A stretch of 64,000 nucleotides of DNA from the NCBI GenBank assembly GCA_965205865.1, contig CBDBHR010000029.1, forward strand, positions 64,001 through 128,000, written 5' to 3'. Below are positions 33,183 through 44,242 of this stretch, in pieces. The notes under the pieces are model-generated. The model was not told where the DNA came from and did no database searches. It saw only the letters and a list, made by a program, of their open reading frames with translations. A program made the translations under genes and the position numbers. Source of the stretch: a bacterium. Its GTDB lineage: Bacteria > SAR324 > NAC60-12. Every line of letters begins with the position of its first letter. Within the stretch, counting starts at the first letter, position 1.

Positions 33183-33755
33183 TTAGAGCCAATCTGCTAA
33201 AGAATCCAACTCACTTTGCTTTAATTGCCGTGTATTCCAGCATTGCGGGAATGTCGAACATCCCCAAAAATATGTGTCTTCTCCTTTGCGTAAAACCATT
33301 CGATTACCACACTTTCTACACAATGGCGCGTTTCGTTTAAGCTGGTTGATTGCGATAGAGAGTTCAAGCGACTTCTTCCGTTCAGACTCCGAGGGCATAG
33401 TTACCTTACGTTCATTCAATTCTCTTATTTCTTTCCGCACCCGACCTGCTACAGCCAGCCCATCAAGATATTTTAAAATGGAATCAAGCCGGGTGATTAC
33501 CTCTTCCGCATCCTCCACAGTATCAATACCGGAAAACTCTTCTTGCTCCTGCAGAAACTTTTTTAATGCGCAGAGCTGATACCGGATTTTTTTCAAAGTT
33601 CTGACATCGTCTTCCGTAAACTGCTTTCTTTCAGTCTGCCAAGCCTGTCGAAGTGACTCGAGAATCGTCTCGCTATAAGAGACAAGCGACTTCTCATCTA
33701 TACGATTTGTGACCACATCAACCAGCTCTTCTATGCGCTTTCGTATTGAGATCAT
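33183..33755 (-). CDS. Protein with C-terminal topoisomerase-type C4 zinc finger
   Basis: APLCRKCGNRMVLR..FWGCSTFPQC. Confidence 0.75.
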   Translation of the reverse strand: MISIRKRIEELVDVVTNRIDEKSLVSYSETILESLRQAWQTERKQFTEDDVRTLKKIRYQLCALKKFLQEQEEFSGIDTVEDAEEVITRLDSILKYLDGLAVAGRVRKEIRELNERKVTMPSESERKKSLELSIAINQLKRNAPLCRKCGNRMVLRKGEDTYFWGCSTFPQCWNTRQLKQSELDSLADWL

Positions 33756-33761
33756 AGCATG

Positions 33762-34330
33762 CTAGCGTATTGCTCAGTTAATACATTGTATTATTGGTCA
33801 TTTAATAGACCGTTTTGAGTTTGTTGATAATTTCCTCGCCAGTTTTAGACCGGACATGGGGTTTTGGTTGCAATTGTGTGACTCGATGTAACTATGGATC
33901 GCTTCGGTCAACTCGAGCACGCTTTTGAAGGCGCCTCGTCGAATCCGTTCTGCAGTTATCTTGCCAAAAAAGCGTTCCACCCTGTTCAGCGATCGCGTGC
34001 TCCAATGGGTACGGTCCTCAGGCTTCTCTTCAATGGTTTTCTTCACAATCTCCTCGATTTGAGCCGCTCCATAAATGCGAGTCCTGCCGGGCCGCGGATC
34101 ATCATTGAGACCTGTTATTCCTTTTTCAACAAATCTCCGTCGCCACTTTCCGACGGCATTGCCACTGGTTCCAAGCGTTTTGGCAATCTCTTGATTCTTA
34201 AGGCCATCAGCAGCCAAGAGGATGATGCGCGCACGAAGAGTGTCTCGCATCGCTCCGGTCTGACGGCGTGCGGTTTTGCTCGATCCATCCCGTTCTTCAC
34301 GGGTCAGTTTTATACGAGGTGGAATTCCGA
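33762..34330 (-). mobile_element. IS630-family remnant (HTH joined to the C-terminal tail, DDE core deleted)
   Basis: RARIILLAADG..KWRRRF..PRPGR..THWSTRSL|NRVERFFG..IRRGAFKS. Confidence 0.82.
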
Positions 34331-34704
34331 ACGAATGTGAGAAATCCTGAATATCTCTCCCTGCGGTCAGGGTAACACATGGGGCTACAAGCCATCGGAG
34401 CATTACAATCAACCTCTGAGTATCAATGGGGGGACAAACCAAATGAACAGGACAAGGAAAAGGTAGTATGAATAAATTGAAAAAGACAGAAGGCTTGAGC
34501 AGAAGTGACGATATTTTGAACCGGTTGGCACGATAATGTAAAGATCAGATGGTTCCAACTCTCCCTTGCGCAGTTTTTTTGTAAAGCCGTTGTAAGAACA
34601 GCGAAATCTTCCTTCCAAAGCAAGGTAGTAAGTGTCAGGAATAAGAAAAATTATTGTCGGAATTACAGCCAACCGAACGAGGTCCGGAGGTTCGTTCGTA
34701 GCTT

Positions 34705-36537
34705 GATCCTAGCCGAAAAGGTATTTTTTAGAATTATATCTTTAAACTTGAGGTTAAAAAGTGCCATAATTCATTGAAATCACTGTGAATAACTTCAATA
34801 TTAAGAATTATGGCACCCAAAATGAAACCATTCATTCGAGCAGAAAAACATCTTTTTTTAACCGCTCCTGATACAGAATTTGAAAATTTCTTATCAGAAC
34901 TTGATCAATTGTCTGAGCGAGAGCCGGAGATATTGGACAAAATTGAACAGGATTTGGAGAAATACGCAAGAAATAAAAAGAAAGAGCGTTTAGAGGATAA
35001 ACGATGGCAGGAAGCCCGGAATCCATGGCTTCCTCATCTTCCCGTGGAAGATGAGGAATTGAAGCCGGAAGAACTGAGGCTGGAAATAGGGTGTCCTCGG
35101 ATGTCGGCTTTTTTAGTCTACCTTTTTATGATGATTCGGGGATATTTAGGAAGTATCAAATCCCAAACGGCCCAAATATTTCTTTCAGAGTCAATCACAC
35201 TGCATCTGCTTCTGCTCAACCGTGGATTGAAAATGCCGGGAGCGAGTACAATCCTTGATAATGTCAATGCTGTCAGCAACGAGAGCAGACAGTTTATTTT
35301 CGATGCTCAAATTCGAATGGTTCTCAATGAAGAGTTGGACGATTTTGATATTTTAAAACTGGATAGCACCTCTGTAAAAGGAAATACAGCTTGGCCTACT
35401 GATTCGTCGATATTGACTCGTCTCGTGGAGCGAAGCTACCATCGAGGGCGTTCCCTTGATACATTTGGAATCGCTGAGATCAGTGAAAGAAATTTTGATT
35501 TCCTCATCAAGGAGATGAATAAGCTCTCTAAGATGATTGCTTTTGAGACAGGTAAAAAGGACAGTAAAACGAAGCGAAAAAAACATTACAAAACCCTATT
35601 GAAGAAAGCTCAAAGCGCTCATGGGAAATTTTTAAAAGAAATGGCAAAGGTGGATATCCGTGCCCAAAAAGCTCTTCTCCCCCCTTCTCGGAAAACGCGT
35701 TTGATTCGCCTCATTGAAATGATGAATGAAGATATTTCTAATTTGCAACGGGTAATCATCTACTGTCATCAAAGAGTTTTTGAAGAAAAGAAGGTTCCTT
35801 CTACTGAGAAAGTATTGAGTCTTTCCGATCAGAGCTCGGCTTATATTCAAAAGGGAGATCGAGAAGCGCTTATCGGATATAAGCCTCAATTAGGAAGGAG
35901 CGGAAATGGTTTTATTTCCGTGTTAATTACTCCGGAGGGCAATGCTGCTGATTCAGGGCAACTCGACCCTGCCCTTGTTGAACATTTGCGATGCACCATC
36001 ACCATTCCCTCTGAAGTGAGCCTTGATGATGGATATGCCAATCAGGCGATCAGAGAAAAGTGGATGGGCAAAGGCGTTAAGGTTTTTAGTATTAGTGGGG
36101 CAAAGGGAAAAAAGATGACCCCGATTGAAGAATGGGAAAGTGAAATCTATTTGGAATCACGAAATGGAAGATCTGCTGCAGAGTCGTTGATGTTTCATCT
36201 TAAGCATCGTTTCCATTTCGGACAAGTTATGCGCAGAGGGATTGAAAACGTTCGGGCAGAGTTGCTGGAAAAAGCATTAACCTATAATTTTTGCAAAATG
36301 ATTGAGTTGAAAAAAAGACAACTCAAACAAGCGGCCTGAATATTCAATGGGGGAGTGTGAAATATGAGCAGGGGCGAGGAAAGTATGTCCAAAAAAGATT
36401 TTTTCCCTATAAAAACTGTGCTGTGGGCGAATAAAAAACAAAAAAATCGTTTTCTCGTCATATTGAATCAAATAGAGAATCAAATAGAATCAAATTGGTT
36501 ACATTTACTATTTTCGAAACCCTTTTCGGCTAGGGTC
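34705..36537 (+). mobile_element. Intact IS (ISNCY/IS5-like DDE), 1833 bp
   Basis: TIR GA(T/C)CCTAGCCGAAAAGG; flanks TAGCTT/TAGCTA; the empty site in the paralogue is TAGCTA. Confidence 0.88.
34810..36339 (+). CDS. Transposase
   Basis: LDSTSVKGNTAWPTDSSIL, KGDRE..GYK, DDGY and RSAAES. Confidence 0.88.
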   Translation: MAPKMKPFIRAEKHLFLTAPDTEFENFLSELDQLSEREPEILDKIEQDLEKYARNKKKERLEDKRWQEARNPWLPHLPVEDEELKPEELRLEIGCPRMSAFLVYLFMMIRGYLGSIKSQTAQIFLSESITLHLLLLNRGLKMPGASTILDNVNAVSNESRQFIFDAQIRMVLNEELDDFDILKLDSTSVKGNTAWPTDSSILTRLVERSYHRGRSLDTFGIAEISERNFDFLIKEMNKLSKMIAFETGKKDSKTKRKKHYKTLLKKAQSAHGKFLKEMAKVDIRAQKALLPPSRKTRLIRLIEMMNEDISNLQRVIIYCHQRVFEEKKVPSTEKVLSLSDQSSAYIQKGDREALIGYKPQLGRSGNGFISVLITPEGNAADSGQLDPALVEHLRCTITIPSEVSLDDGYANQAIREKWMGKGVKVFSISGAKGKKMTPIEEWESEIYLESRNGRSAAESLMFHLKHRFHFGQVMRRGIENVRAELLEKALTYNFCKMIELKKRQLKQAA

Positions 36538-36983
36538 TAGCTAACAAGACTAAAGTAGCGGAGACAATCGTAATACACCACAGCTTACAAGAACGACTGT
36601 TGTCCGCCATTCTTTGTACGACTCCTTGTAATATGGAAAGGTGGCATTGGACAGCAGAGCTTTCCTCATTGAGAATGGACTTGTCACTCATGTGATCCTC
36701 GCCTGATAAATCCGTCAAACCACGATTGCCGACCCAATGGACTTTTGACCTTTTGTATGAATCTTTGGCACTGGTTGTATTTTGAGAAATTAGAGGGTAT
36801 TTCAAGTATGAGAAAAAGAATTTCTAACGATTGCCTAAATGTTTATCACAAAACTCTTCTACTCGTCAAGTCTCGATTCGCTTGTATTGGCACGTTGAAC
36901 ACAGGAAAGGTAAGTGCTATATTTCATTGCGTCATTTTCAACCAAACGGGGGATTATTTAAATTTATCTCTTAAAGTTAAATA

Positions 36984-37177
36984 ACCTGAGTTCGAGATAA
37001 GAATTTAATAAATTCAATATGTTATGGAATCTTCATATCTTAGAGAAACCTTGTCATTCCTGCGAAAGCAGGAATCCAGAGATATGCAACCAGACTGAAA
37101 TCTGGATCCCCGCTTTCGCGAGGATGACATATACACTAGGATACTCATATTATTGAATATTTATGTCGAACTCAGGT
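36984..37177. mobile_element. MITE family B copy 2
   Basis: Same 17-bp TIR; 6-bp direct repeat TAAATA; internal GTCATTCCTGCGAAAGCAGGAATCC..GGATCCCCGCTTTCGCGAGGATGAC. Confidence 0.85.
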
Positions 37178-37226
37178 TAAATAGTGAATTGAATTATTAA
37201 GAAAAATTCAATAAGAACAATCCTTC

Positions 37227-38390
37227 ATGCAACGAAGAAAAATTGGTAGATACAAGATGACCAGAATCGCCGGTGAGCGAGTTCGCGCCTTTGTACCAGC
37301 ACTGCTGCCGCCAAAACCCGCCTTGGTTCTGAACGGTTCACTGCAACAGGCGTTGGAATCGGCTGTGCTTGCCCTGGGTCACCTCGACAGCGTCTCAACG
37401 TTCTTGCCAGACCCGGCGCTTTTTCTCTACGCCTACGTGCGTAAGGAAGCGGTGCTCTCTTCCCAGATCGAGGGGATGCAGTCATCGCTGCTGGACCTCC
37501 TGCTCTTCGAATTGCAGGAGGCGCCCGGGATTCCGCTCGATGACGTGGTCGAAGTCTCGAATTACATGGCTGCGCTCGAGCATGGCCTGCACCGTCTGGA
37601 GGAAGGCTTCCCTCTGTCCAATCGATTGCTCCGCGAGATTCACGGCGTACTGCTGTCTAGCAGGCGGGGCAGCATCAAATCTCCCGGAGAGTTCCGCCGC
37701 TCCCAGAACTGGATTGGCGGTTCCCGGCCTGGAAACGCAGTCTTCGTGCCGCCGCCGCATACTGCCGTGCCCGACTGCATGGCGGCGTTGGAACGTTTCC
37801 TTCACGCCGGTGAGAATGGACTGTCCATGCTACTGCGGGTGGGCCTCGCCCACGTGCAGTTCGAAACGATTCACCCCTTCCTCGACGGCAACGGGCGAGT
37901 GGGACGGTTGCTCATCACGCTGTTGCTATGTCATGCCGGCATGCTGCGCGAGCCACTCTTGTACTTGAGTCTTTACTTCAAACAACGCCGGGCTACCTAC
38001 TATGACCTGCTGAATCGGGTCCACCGTTCCGGTGATTGGGAGACGTGGCTCACCTTTTTTCTTGATGGCATACGTCTGACTGCTACAGATGCGGTTTCGA
38101 CTGCCCAACGTATTACCCGAATATTCCAGGAGGACCACGATCATATCGTAAAGGCCAGGCGTCTCGCCAAGTCGGCCTTGCGTGTACATGACGCGCTGAA
38201 GGCAAGGCCGGTTCTGTCTCTTTCCGCTGTCTGCAATCACACGAAGCTCTCCTTCCCCACCGTGACCTCGGCCATGGATCTACTCGTCCAACAGGGGATT
38301 GCGCGCGAAATCACGGGAAAATCCCGTAACCGATTGTTTATCTACGACCAGTATCTTGCCATCCTCAACGAAGGAACCGAGATGCCGTGA
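37227..38390 (+). CDS. Fic family protein
   Basis: HPFLDGNGRVGR and EAVLSSQIEG; C-terminal wHTH. Confidence 0.93.
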   Translation: MQRRKIGRYKMTRIAGERVRAFVPALLPPKPALVLNGSLQQALESAVLALGHLDSVSTFLPDPALFLYAYVRKEAVLSSQIEGMQSSLLDLLLFELQEAPGIPLDDVVEVSNYMAALEHGLHRLEEGFPLSNRLLREIHGVLLSSRRGSIKSPGEFRRSQNWIGGSRPGNAVFVPPPHTAVPDCMAALERFLHAGENGLSMLLRVGLAHVQFETIHPFLDGNGRVGRLLITLLLCHAGMLREPLLYLSLYFKQRRATYYDLLNRVHRSGDWETWLTFFLDGIRLTATDAVSTAQRITRIFQEDHDHIVKARRLAKSALRVHDALKARPVLSLSAVCNHTKLSFPTVTSAMDLLVQQGIAREITGKSRNRLFIYDQYLAILNEGTEMP

Positions 38391-38779
38391 CGTTTAGCAT
38401 AGCTCAACTCAAATCCTACCCCCAATACAAGCCACCGGCATCGAGTGGCTGGGCGACGTGCCGGCCCATCGGGAGGCGCTCCAAGTTCGAACCATAGCTC
38501 AGACAATCAGCGGAGCAACGTCTGTGGGCAACAATCCGGAATATTGAGTGGGTTCCATCGATTGGATTACACTGGAGGATTCAGGCAGCTAACAAAGCGA
38601 TTCAACTTCAGCTTGCAAATGTGACTAAATCCATATTCTATAGCATTGACCCTTGGGTCCCGTTGCATATTGATCACGTACTGGCCTCAAATGGACCAAC
38701 TAATGTGAAACAGGGTAACAATTTGTGGAAAACAACACGGAGATGTCCCGACTCTTTGGAAGCTCGGGTAAGCGCAGGT

Positions 38780-39646
38780 ATGATGGATAAACGTTTTCAC
38801 ATGATTGTGATCCTGATAACTATTTGCTGTTATCATGGTGGTGGTTGTTCTCGCATTCCTTCCCTGCAGGAGAAGACTGAGATCGACGTCGTGACCATGA
38901 AGGAAAAGGATGGGGTCCAAGTACAAAATACGGAGCAATCCTCGCCGACCCCGAACGTCCCGTCTGAAGACGCTGACGACGCATGGGAGGATGCATTTGA
39001 AGACGAACTGGAAGATGAATTCGCAAAGGAGGACGAGATCGAAGTTTTTGATCCACTCAGTGGCTACAATGAAATGATGACGGTAGTAAACGACCGGATT
39101 TATTTCTGGATACTCCAGCCTGTTGCCACTGGTTATCGAGCGGTGCTGCCTCAGTTTATACGCAAAAGCATCGCCCGGGCATTCACCAATCTCCAGTTTC
39201 CTCTGCGTTTCGTCAATAACGTGTTGCAACTCAAATTCGAGCAGGCTGCCGGTGAAACCGGGCGCTTTGTATTGAACACGACGGTGGGAATCCTGGGTTT
39301 CATGGATCCTGCAAAAGATATTTTCAAGCTGGCACCCCAGCCTGAAGATTTTGGCCAGACCTTGGGGCATTATGGGATGGGTGGTGGATTCCACATCGTT
39401 CTGCCGCTACTGGGGCCTTCCAATCTTCGTGATACCTTAGGTAAGATTCCGCATCTGTATCTGCTTGATCCCAAAGTCCTCATTGAAGATGCCAACACGG
39501 AAACACAAGTCCGCGTGATTGAGATTGTCAACCAGACCTCATTGGAACTGGGACAGTATGAAAGCCTGCGTAAAGATGCCGTTGATTTGTATCCTTTTTT
39601 GAGGGACATCTATGAGCAAAATCGAAATAAACTAATTGAGGAGTGA
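38780..39646 (+). CDS. mlaA: MlaA/VacJ lipoprotein
   Basis: DPLSGYN..NTTVGILG..EDFGQTLG..LPLLGPSNLRD; lipobox-like GGC. Confidence 0.9.
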   Translation: MMDKRFHMIVILITICCYHGGGCSRIPSLQEKTEIDVVTMKEKDGVQVQNTEQSSPTPNVPSEDADDAWEDAFEDELEDEFAKEDEIEVFDPLSGYNEMMTVVNDRIYFWILQPVATGYRAVLPQFIRKSIARAFTNLQFPLRFVNNVLQLKFEQAAGETGRFVLNTTVGILGFMDPAKDIFKLAPQPEDFGQTLGHYGMGGGFHIVLPLLGPSNLRDTLGKIPHLYLLDPKVLIEDANTETQVRVIEIVNQTSLELGQYESLRKDAVDLYPFLRDIYEQNRNKLIEE

Positions 39647-40248
39647 TCATGAAATTCCTAATCTCTGCCGTCCTTTTTGTCCTGCTGTTTTCCCCACCCG
39701 GATTGTCAAATGAATTGGAAGAAGTCGATCTGCTGACCAAAGAAAAAATTGGAGCCATGATTGAGATTCTACAAGACGAATACCTGGATAAAGCAGCACG
39801 CAATGCCCGGGTGATTGCCTTGCTGACCCCTATCTTCGATTTTCCCAGAATGGCCCAGTTGAGCCTGGGACAAAAACATTGGAAACAACTCAGCCCGGAA
39901 AAGCGACAGGAATTTTCCGATCTTTTTGTCAGACGGATTCAAAATTCCTATTTGGAGAAGTTGGAGCTATATACTGATGAGGAAGTCCTCTTCAAGGGAA
40001 TCAAACAGGTTAAAAATAGAATCCACGTCCTCACCCAGCTGGTTTCCGATGACGCGACGATCGAGGTGCTCTACAAGCTCTACGAATCGAAAGATGGATG
40101 GAAAATCTATGACGTCGAAATATTCGGAGTGAGCATCATCCAAACCTACCGTTCGCAGCTGCAAACTGCTCTCAAGAAGGGCAGTATCGATGATCTGCTG
40201 GCAACGTTCCGCAGCGACGAGTCGAAGTTCTCCGGAGAAGAGCAATAA
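39643..40248 (+). CDS. mlaC: MlaC/Ttg2D phospholipid-binding protein
   Basis: FDFPRMAQLSLG..WKIYDVEIFGVSIIQTYRSQ. Confidence 0.88.
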   Translation: MIMKFLISAVLFVLLFSPPGLSNELEEVDLLTKEKIGAMIEILQDEYLDKAARNARVIALLTPIFDFPRMAQLSLGQKHWKQLSPEKRQEFSDLFVRRIQNSYLEKLELYTDEEVLFKGIKQVKNRIHVLTQLVSDDATIEVLYKLYESKDGWKIYDVEIFGVSIIQTYRSQLQTALKKGSIDDLLATFRSDESKFSGEEQ

Positions 40249-40270
40249 TACCTTCCAAACAACGATCGTC

Positions 40271-42775
40271 ATGTTGAGACGTTTTTATGAAGATTTTATC
40301 CTGCGGCACAGCCTTGTTGTCTCGCTTGTCCTGCTGACAATTCTTCTCTTACTGGGTTATGAAGCTCGCAAGCTCGAGGTGGATGCATCTGCTGAAACCC
40401 TGGTTTTGGAAGACGACGAAGACCTTCGTTTGACGCGCATCCTCAATGAGCGCTACCAGAGTCCGGATTTTTTGGTGATCACATTCACGCCTCGAGGCGA
40501 TCTCCTCTCAGATAGAAATTTAAACTACCTACGGCAACTCAAGGATGATCTAAACAAGTTGGAGCAGGTTGAATCGGTTATCTCGATCCTCGACGTCCCC
40601 CTGTTGCAAAGCCCTCCCCTTCCCCTCGAGACCCTGTTACAGGATATTCCAACCCTGCAGTCGCCGGGTATTGACAAGGAATTGGCCAGAGAGGAATTCC
40701 TCAATAGTCCCATCTATCAGAACCTACTCGTCAGCGCCGATTTCCGTACCACCGCATTGCAAGTCAATTTGCATCGAGACGAAGTGTTCCGGGAAATGAT
40801 CAAGCTTCGCTATGAACTTCGTCAAAAAGAAAAAGACGGTATGCTCACCCCAGGTGAAAAGGAGCAATTGGCAACACTCCTCATCGATTTCAAACAGCAC
40901 CGGAACCAGATTCGTATCATACAGCATCAGACGATAATAGATGTGCGTGCCGTCATGGACAAATATCGGAATCAGGCGGATCTTTTTTTGGGTGGCATCA
41001 GTATGATTGCTGACGACTTGGTCACTTTTGTCAAGAATGATCTTCAAGTTTTCGGACTGGGAGTGCTCATTTTTCTGATTGTCACTTTGTGGTTGATCTT
41101 CAGACAGCTTCGCTGGATTCTGCTTCCTCTCCTCTGCTGTGCTTTTGCAGTGATTGCCACTAGTGGATTTCTGGGAATGTTCGGATGGGAAGTCACAGTA
41201 GTTTCTTCGAATTTCATTTCATTGCAATTGATCATCACCATGGCAATTACCATCCATTTGATTGTGCGTTATCGGGAGTTGTTGCAAAAGCATCCGGGTG
41301 CGGATCAGAGCCAACTCGTCCTGGAGACGGTCCTTTTCATGGGCAAACCCTGTTTTTATACTGCCTTAACCACCATCGCCGGCTTTTCTTCCTTAGTCCT
41401 CTCCGGTATCTTACCGGTGATCAACTTCGGCTGGATGATGAGTGTCGGAACCGCGATATCTCTGCTCGTGAGTTTCCTCGTCTTTCCCACAATCGTCATT
41501 CATTTGCAGAAACGACCTCCCGACGTCGCCTTCGAATTGCGTTTCGCCTTGACAGAAAAACTGGCTCATTTTACAGAAAACAATGGACGCGCGATCTGGC
41601 TGATCAGTGGAATTTTAGTCCTCTTCAGCCTCAGTGGAGCATCACGATTGATGGTGGAAAACAGTTTTATCGACTATTTCAAAGAGTCGACAGAAATTTA
41701 TCAGGGTATGAGAGTGATAGACCAGCAGTTGGGCGGTACTACCTTGCTTGACGTGATCCTTGATTTTGAAGAAGTGGGAGACATCGTGTCAGATCGAATT
41801 TCCGGGGGCGCGGATGAAGTGGAAGATGACGATTTCGATGAATTCGAAGAGGAATTTGCTTCAGTCGAGGACGAGGCGCAATACTGGTTTACTGCGGAAA
41901 AAATGGAACAGATCGAAAAACTCCACGACTATCTCGATAATCTCCCGGAGACCGGCAAAGTCATCTCTCTGGGCACGTTACTAAAAATTGGCAGAACTCT
42001 CAATGAAGGGGAACCCCTCGACGATTTTACGCTGGCTCTCGTTTATAATGAACTACCAGAGCAGTTTCGCGAGATCATCCTCACTCCTTATGTTTCTGTC
42101 GAGCACAATCAGGCCCGGTTTTCCGTGCGTATACGGGATTCAGATCCCAATTTGCGGCGCAATGAATTGCTGCAACGCATTCGTCACGAGTTGATCCACA
42201 AAGTGGGACTGGAAGAAAAAAATGTCCATATGGCCAACCTTTTGGTTCTCTACAATAATATGCTGCAAAGCCTGCTTGACTCGCAGATATTGACATTGGC
42301 TGCCGTCGTGGCAGCCTTGATGATGATGTTCCTCGTCCTGTTTCGTTCCCTGAAGATCGCATGCATCGCCATTTTTCCCAATCTCCTTTCCATAGGAACG
42401 GTGCTTGGATTCATGGGATGGGCCGGTATCCCGCTGGATATGATGACCATTACCATTGCTGCCATCAGCGTAGGAATTGCCGTGGACAATACTATTCACT
42501 ACATATACCGATTCAGGAGCGAATTTCCAAAGGATCGGAATTATCTGGCGAGCATGCGCCGTTGTCACGGAAGTATCGGAAACGCCATGTATTACACTTC
42601 TTTTACCGTTATCATGGGTTTCTCCATTCTGGTCTTCTCGAACTTCATCCCCACCCTGTATTTTGGATTGTTGACCGGACTGGCCATGCTCATCGCGCTC
42701 ATTGCCGCTTTGACCCTCCTGCCGCAACTGATCATGGGTATCCAACCTTTTGGCCCGGAAGGAATAAAGCAATAG
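40271..42775 (+). CDS. MMPL/RND-family transporter
   Basis: Two TM bundles with large loops; GIAVDNTIHY. Confidence 0.9.
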   Translation: MLRRFYEDFILRHSLVVSLVLLTILLLLGYEARKLEVDASAETLVLEDDEDLRLTRILNERYQSPDFLVITFTPRGDLLSDRNLNYLRQLKDDLNKLEQVESVISILDVPLLQSPPLPLETLLQDIPTLQSPGIDKELAREEFLNSPIYQNLLVSADFRTTALQVNLHRDEVFREMIKLRYELRQKEKDGMLTPGEKEQLATLLIDFKQHRNQIRIIQHQTIIDVRAVMDKYRNQADLFLGGISMIADDLVTFVKNDLQVFGLGVLIFLIVTLWLIFRQLRWILLPLLCCAFAVIATSGFLGMFGWEVTVVSSNFISLQLIITMAITIHLIVRYRELLQKHPGADQSQLVLETVLFMGKPCFYTALTTIAGFSSLVLSGILPVINFGWMMSVGTAISLLVSFLVFPTIVIHLQKRPPDVAFELRFALTEKLAHFTENNGRAIWLISGILVLFSLSGASRLMVENSFIDYFKESTEIYQGMRVIDQQLGGTTLLDVILDFEEVGDIVSDRISGGADEVEDDDFDEFEEEFASVEDEAQYWFTAEKMEQIEKLHDYLDNLPETGKVISLGTLLKIGRTLNEGEPLDDFTLALVYNELPEQFREIILTPYVSVEHNQARFSVRIRDSDPNLRRNELLQRIRHELIHKVGLEEKNVHMANLLVLYNNMLQSLLDSQILTLAAVVAALMMMFLVLFRSLKIACIAIFPNLLSIGTVLGFMGWAGIPLDMMTITIAAISVGIAVDNTIHYIYRFRSEFPKDRNYLASMRRCHGSIGNAMYYTSFTVIMGFSILVFSNFIPTLYFGLLTGLAMLIALIAALTLLPQLIMGIQPFGPEGIKQ

Positions 42776-42844
42776 CTTTATATTCAACAACCAGTAACTC
42801 TGTCATATTCAGACGTCGAATCTCCTTCATGGAATACTTCTCCT

Positions 42845-44065
42845 TCAAAGTTTGACTGGTTTGGCTTGTTCAAACGAATCCCGCAATTTGCGTAATTGTC
42901 CTGTTTTGTTCTGCGCTTCGTTGTGGGTTTCAAAAAAACCCAGGCGGATACGGTATTGGAATTTTTGATCCATGAATTTATAAGCCAGATAGGAAAAATC
43001 TGAAATGTCAATCAACTCTGGCAAATCTTCGACGGCTTTTTCCTGCGAATCGTATAATGGTAGTTCCACGAACCAGGGCTTGCTCCGCAGTGCTTGAAAA
43101 TCGACCAATTGCCGATTCAGTTCTCGTTGAGTGGGCAAAACAGCCCAATAATTTTTTGATAAATCTATTTTGTCACGGTAACGAAAATATATTTCCTCTC
43201 CAATCTCTTGCGCTGCTTCGGTGGTTTTAAAAAACCCCACACGTACGCGGTACCAATATCTGTTTTTAAATTTTTCCTTGGTTCGGTGCATGTAAGCATA
43301 GTAACCATCATGGACCAGATCATGGAGTATCTGAATCGCGCTGCTGAAATATCGACGCTCTACCGAAAGGATTTGAACCGCATATTTTTCTCTTTCCTTG
43401 CGGGATAGGATGTCATCCTGGTCTTCCACTTCATTCATCAATTGAATTTTTAGTCCGGTGACGGATTGCGCGATCTGCCAAATCCGGGAATCTCGAGGTA
43501 AAATGGTATAATCCCATTTGTGCTCGTTTTGGATGAGAATCGTACGCCATTGGGCGGAGTCGCTATCCTCACTGTTCGAGAAAATTACATTCCAAGGCAG
43601 TTCTGCAGATTCGATCAGGGCTCCATGACTGACAAGTTCAGGGACAATCCTCTCCTCGATCTCAACTGTTTGAACAGGCTCTTCTTTTTCTGCCTCCGTT
43701 TCTGTTTTCGATGTAACCACTTCAGGTTCCATCACTTCTTCTACCTTTGGAGGGTCAGCCGTCTCCGTTGTCATCTCCTTGTCCTCGGAATCCGGAGTAT
43801 TTATTTCCTGCGCGTCTGTTTTTTCAACCGGTGGCTCCTCTTCTCCTATTTCAAGAATTGGTGTTCCCTCATCTTTCACTACAATAGGTTCCACTTCATT
43901 TGCGAACGGTTCTGCAACTTCTGGTTTCTCCTCCGTATTTTCTGAGAGTTCTCTTTCCAAAATCAGAGAAATATTGTTTTCTTGCAAAGAAATTTGGTAC
44001 AGTACCAGCATAATGGCTGCGACGAGAATTATCGGAACAGCCCAAAAAATTATCCGTGTTGTCAT
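42845..44065 (-). CDS. SPOR-domain membrane-anchored protein
   Basis: N-terminal TM, acidic linker, WYRVRVGFF and YRIRLGFF. Confidence 0.75.
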   Translation of the reverse strand: MTTRIIFWAVPIILVAAIMLVLYQISLQENNISLILERELSENTEEKPEVAEPFANEVEPIVVKDEGTPILEIGEEEPPVEKTDAQEINTPDSEDKEMTTETADPPKVEEVMEPEVVTSKTETEAEKEEPVQTVEIEERIVPELVSHGALIESAELPWNVIFSNSEDSDSAQWRTILIQNEHKWDYTILPRDSRIWQIAQSVTGLKIQLMNEVEDQDDILSRKEREKYAVQILSVERRYFSSAIQILHDLVHDGYYAYMHRTKEKFKNRYWYRVRVGFFKTTEAAQEIGEEIYFRYRDKIDLSKNYWAVLPTQRELNRQLVDFQALRSKPWFVELPLYDSQEKAVEDLPELIDISDFSYLAYKFMDQKFQYRIRLGFFETHNEAQNKTGQLRKLRDSFEQAKPVKL

Positions 44066-44242
44066 CTAAATACCTTGCTTTGATATATTATATAATCATT
44101 CTGAGAATCATTTCCGGATAATTGTTTTGAAGTTTCACCCATAAAGCTGGAGCCAAGATAGTTCTTCTCCCAATATTTTGTCCTGTAAGTCTATAGCAGA
44201 CGCAGACGCAAGTTTTCAAGCGTAGAAAGAATTGTCAATTCG

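Larger units (their letters stand above)
34409..36691 (-). pseudogene. Conserved multi-TM hypothetical protein, copy 2, interrupted by an IS
   Basis: 5' half 36538-36691 and 3' half 34409-34704 rejoin at TAGCTA. Confidence 0.78.
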
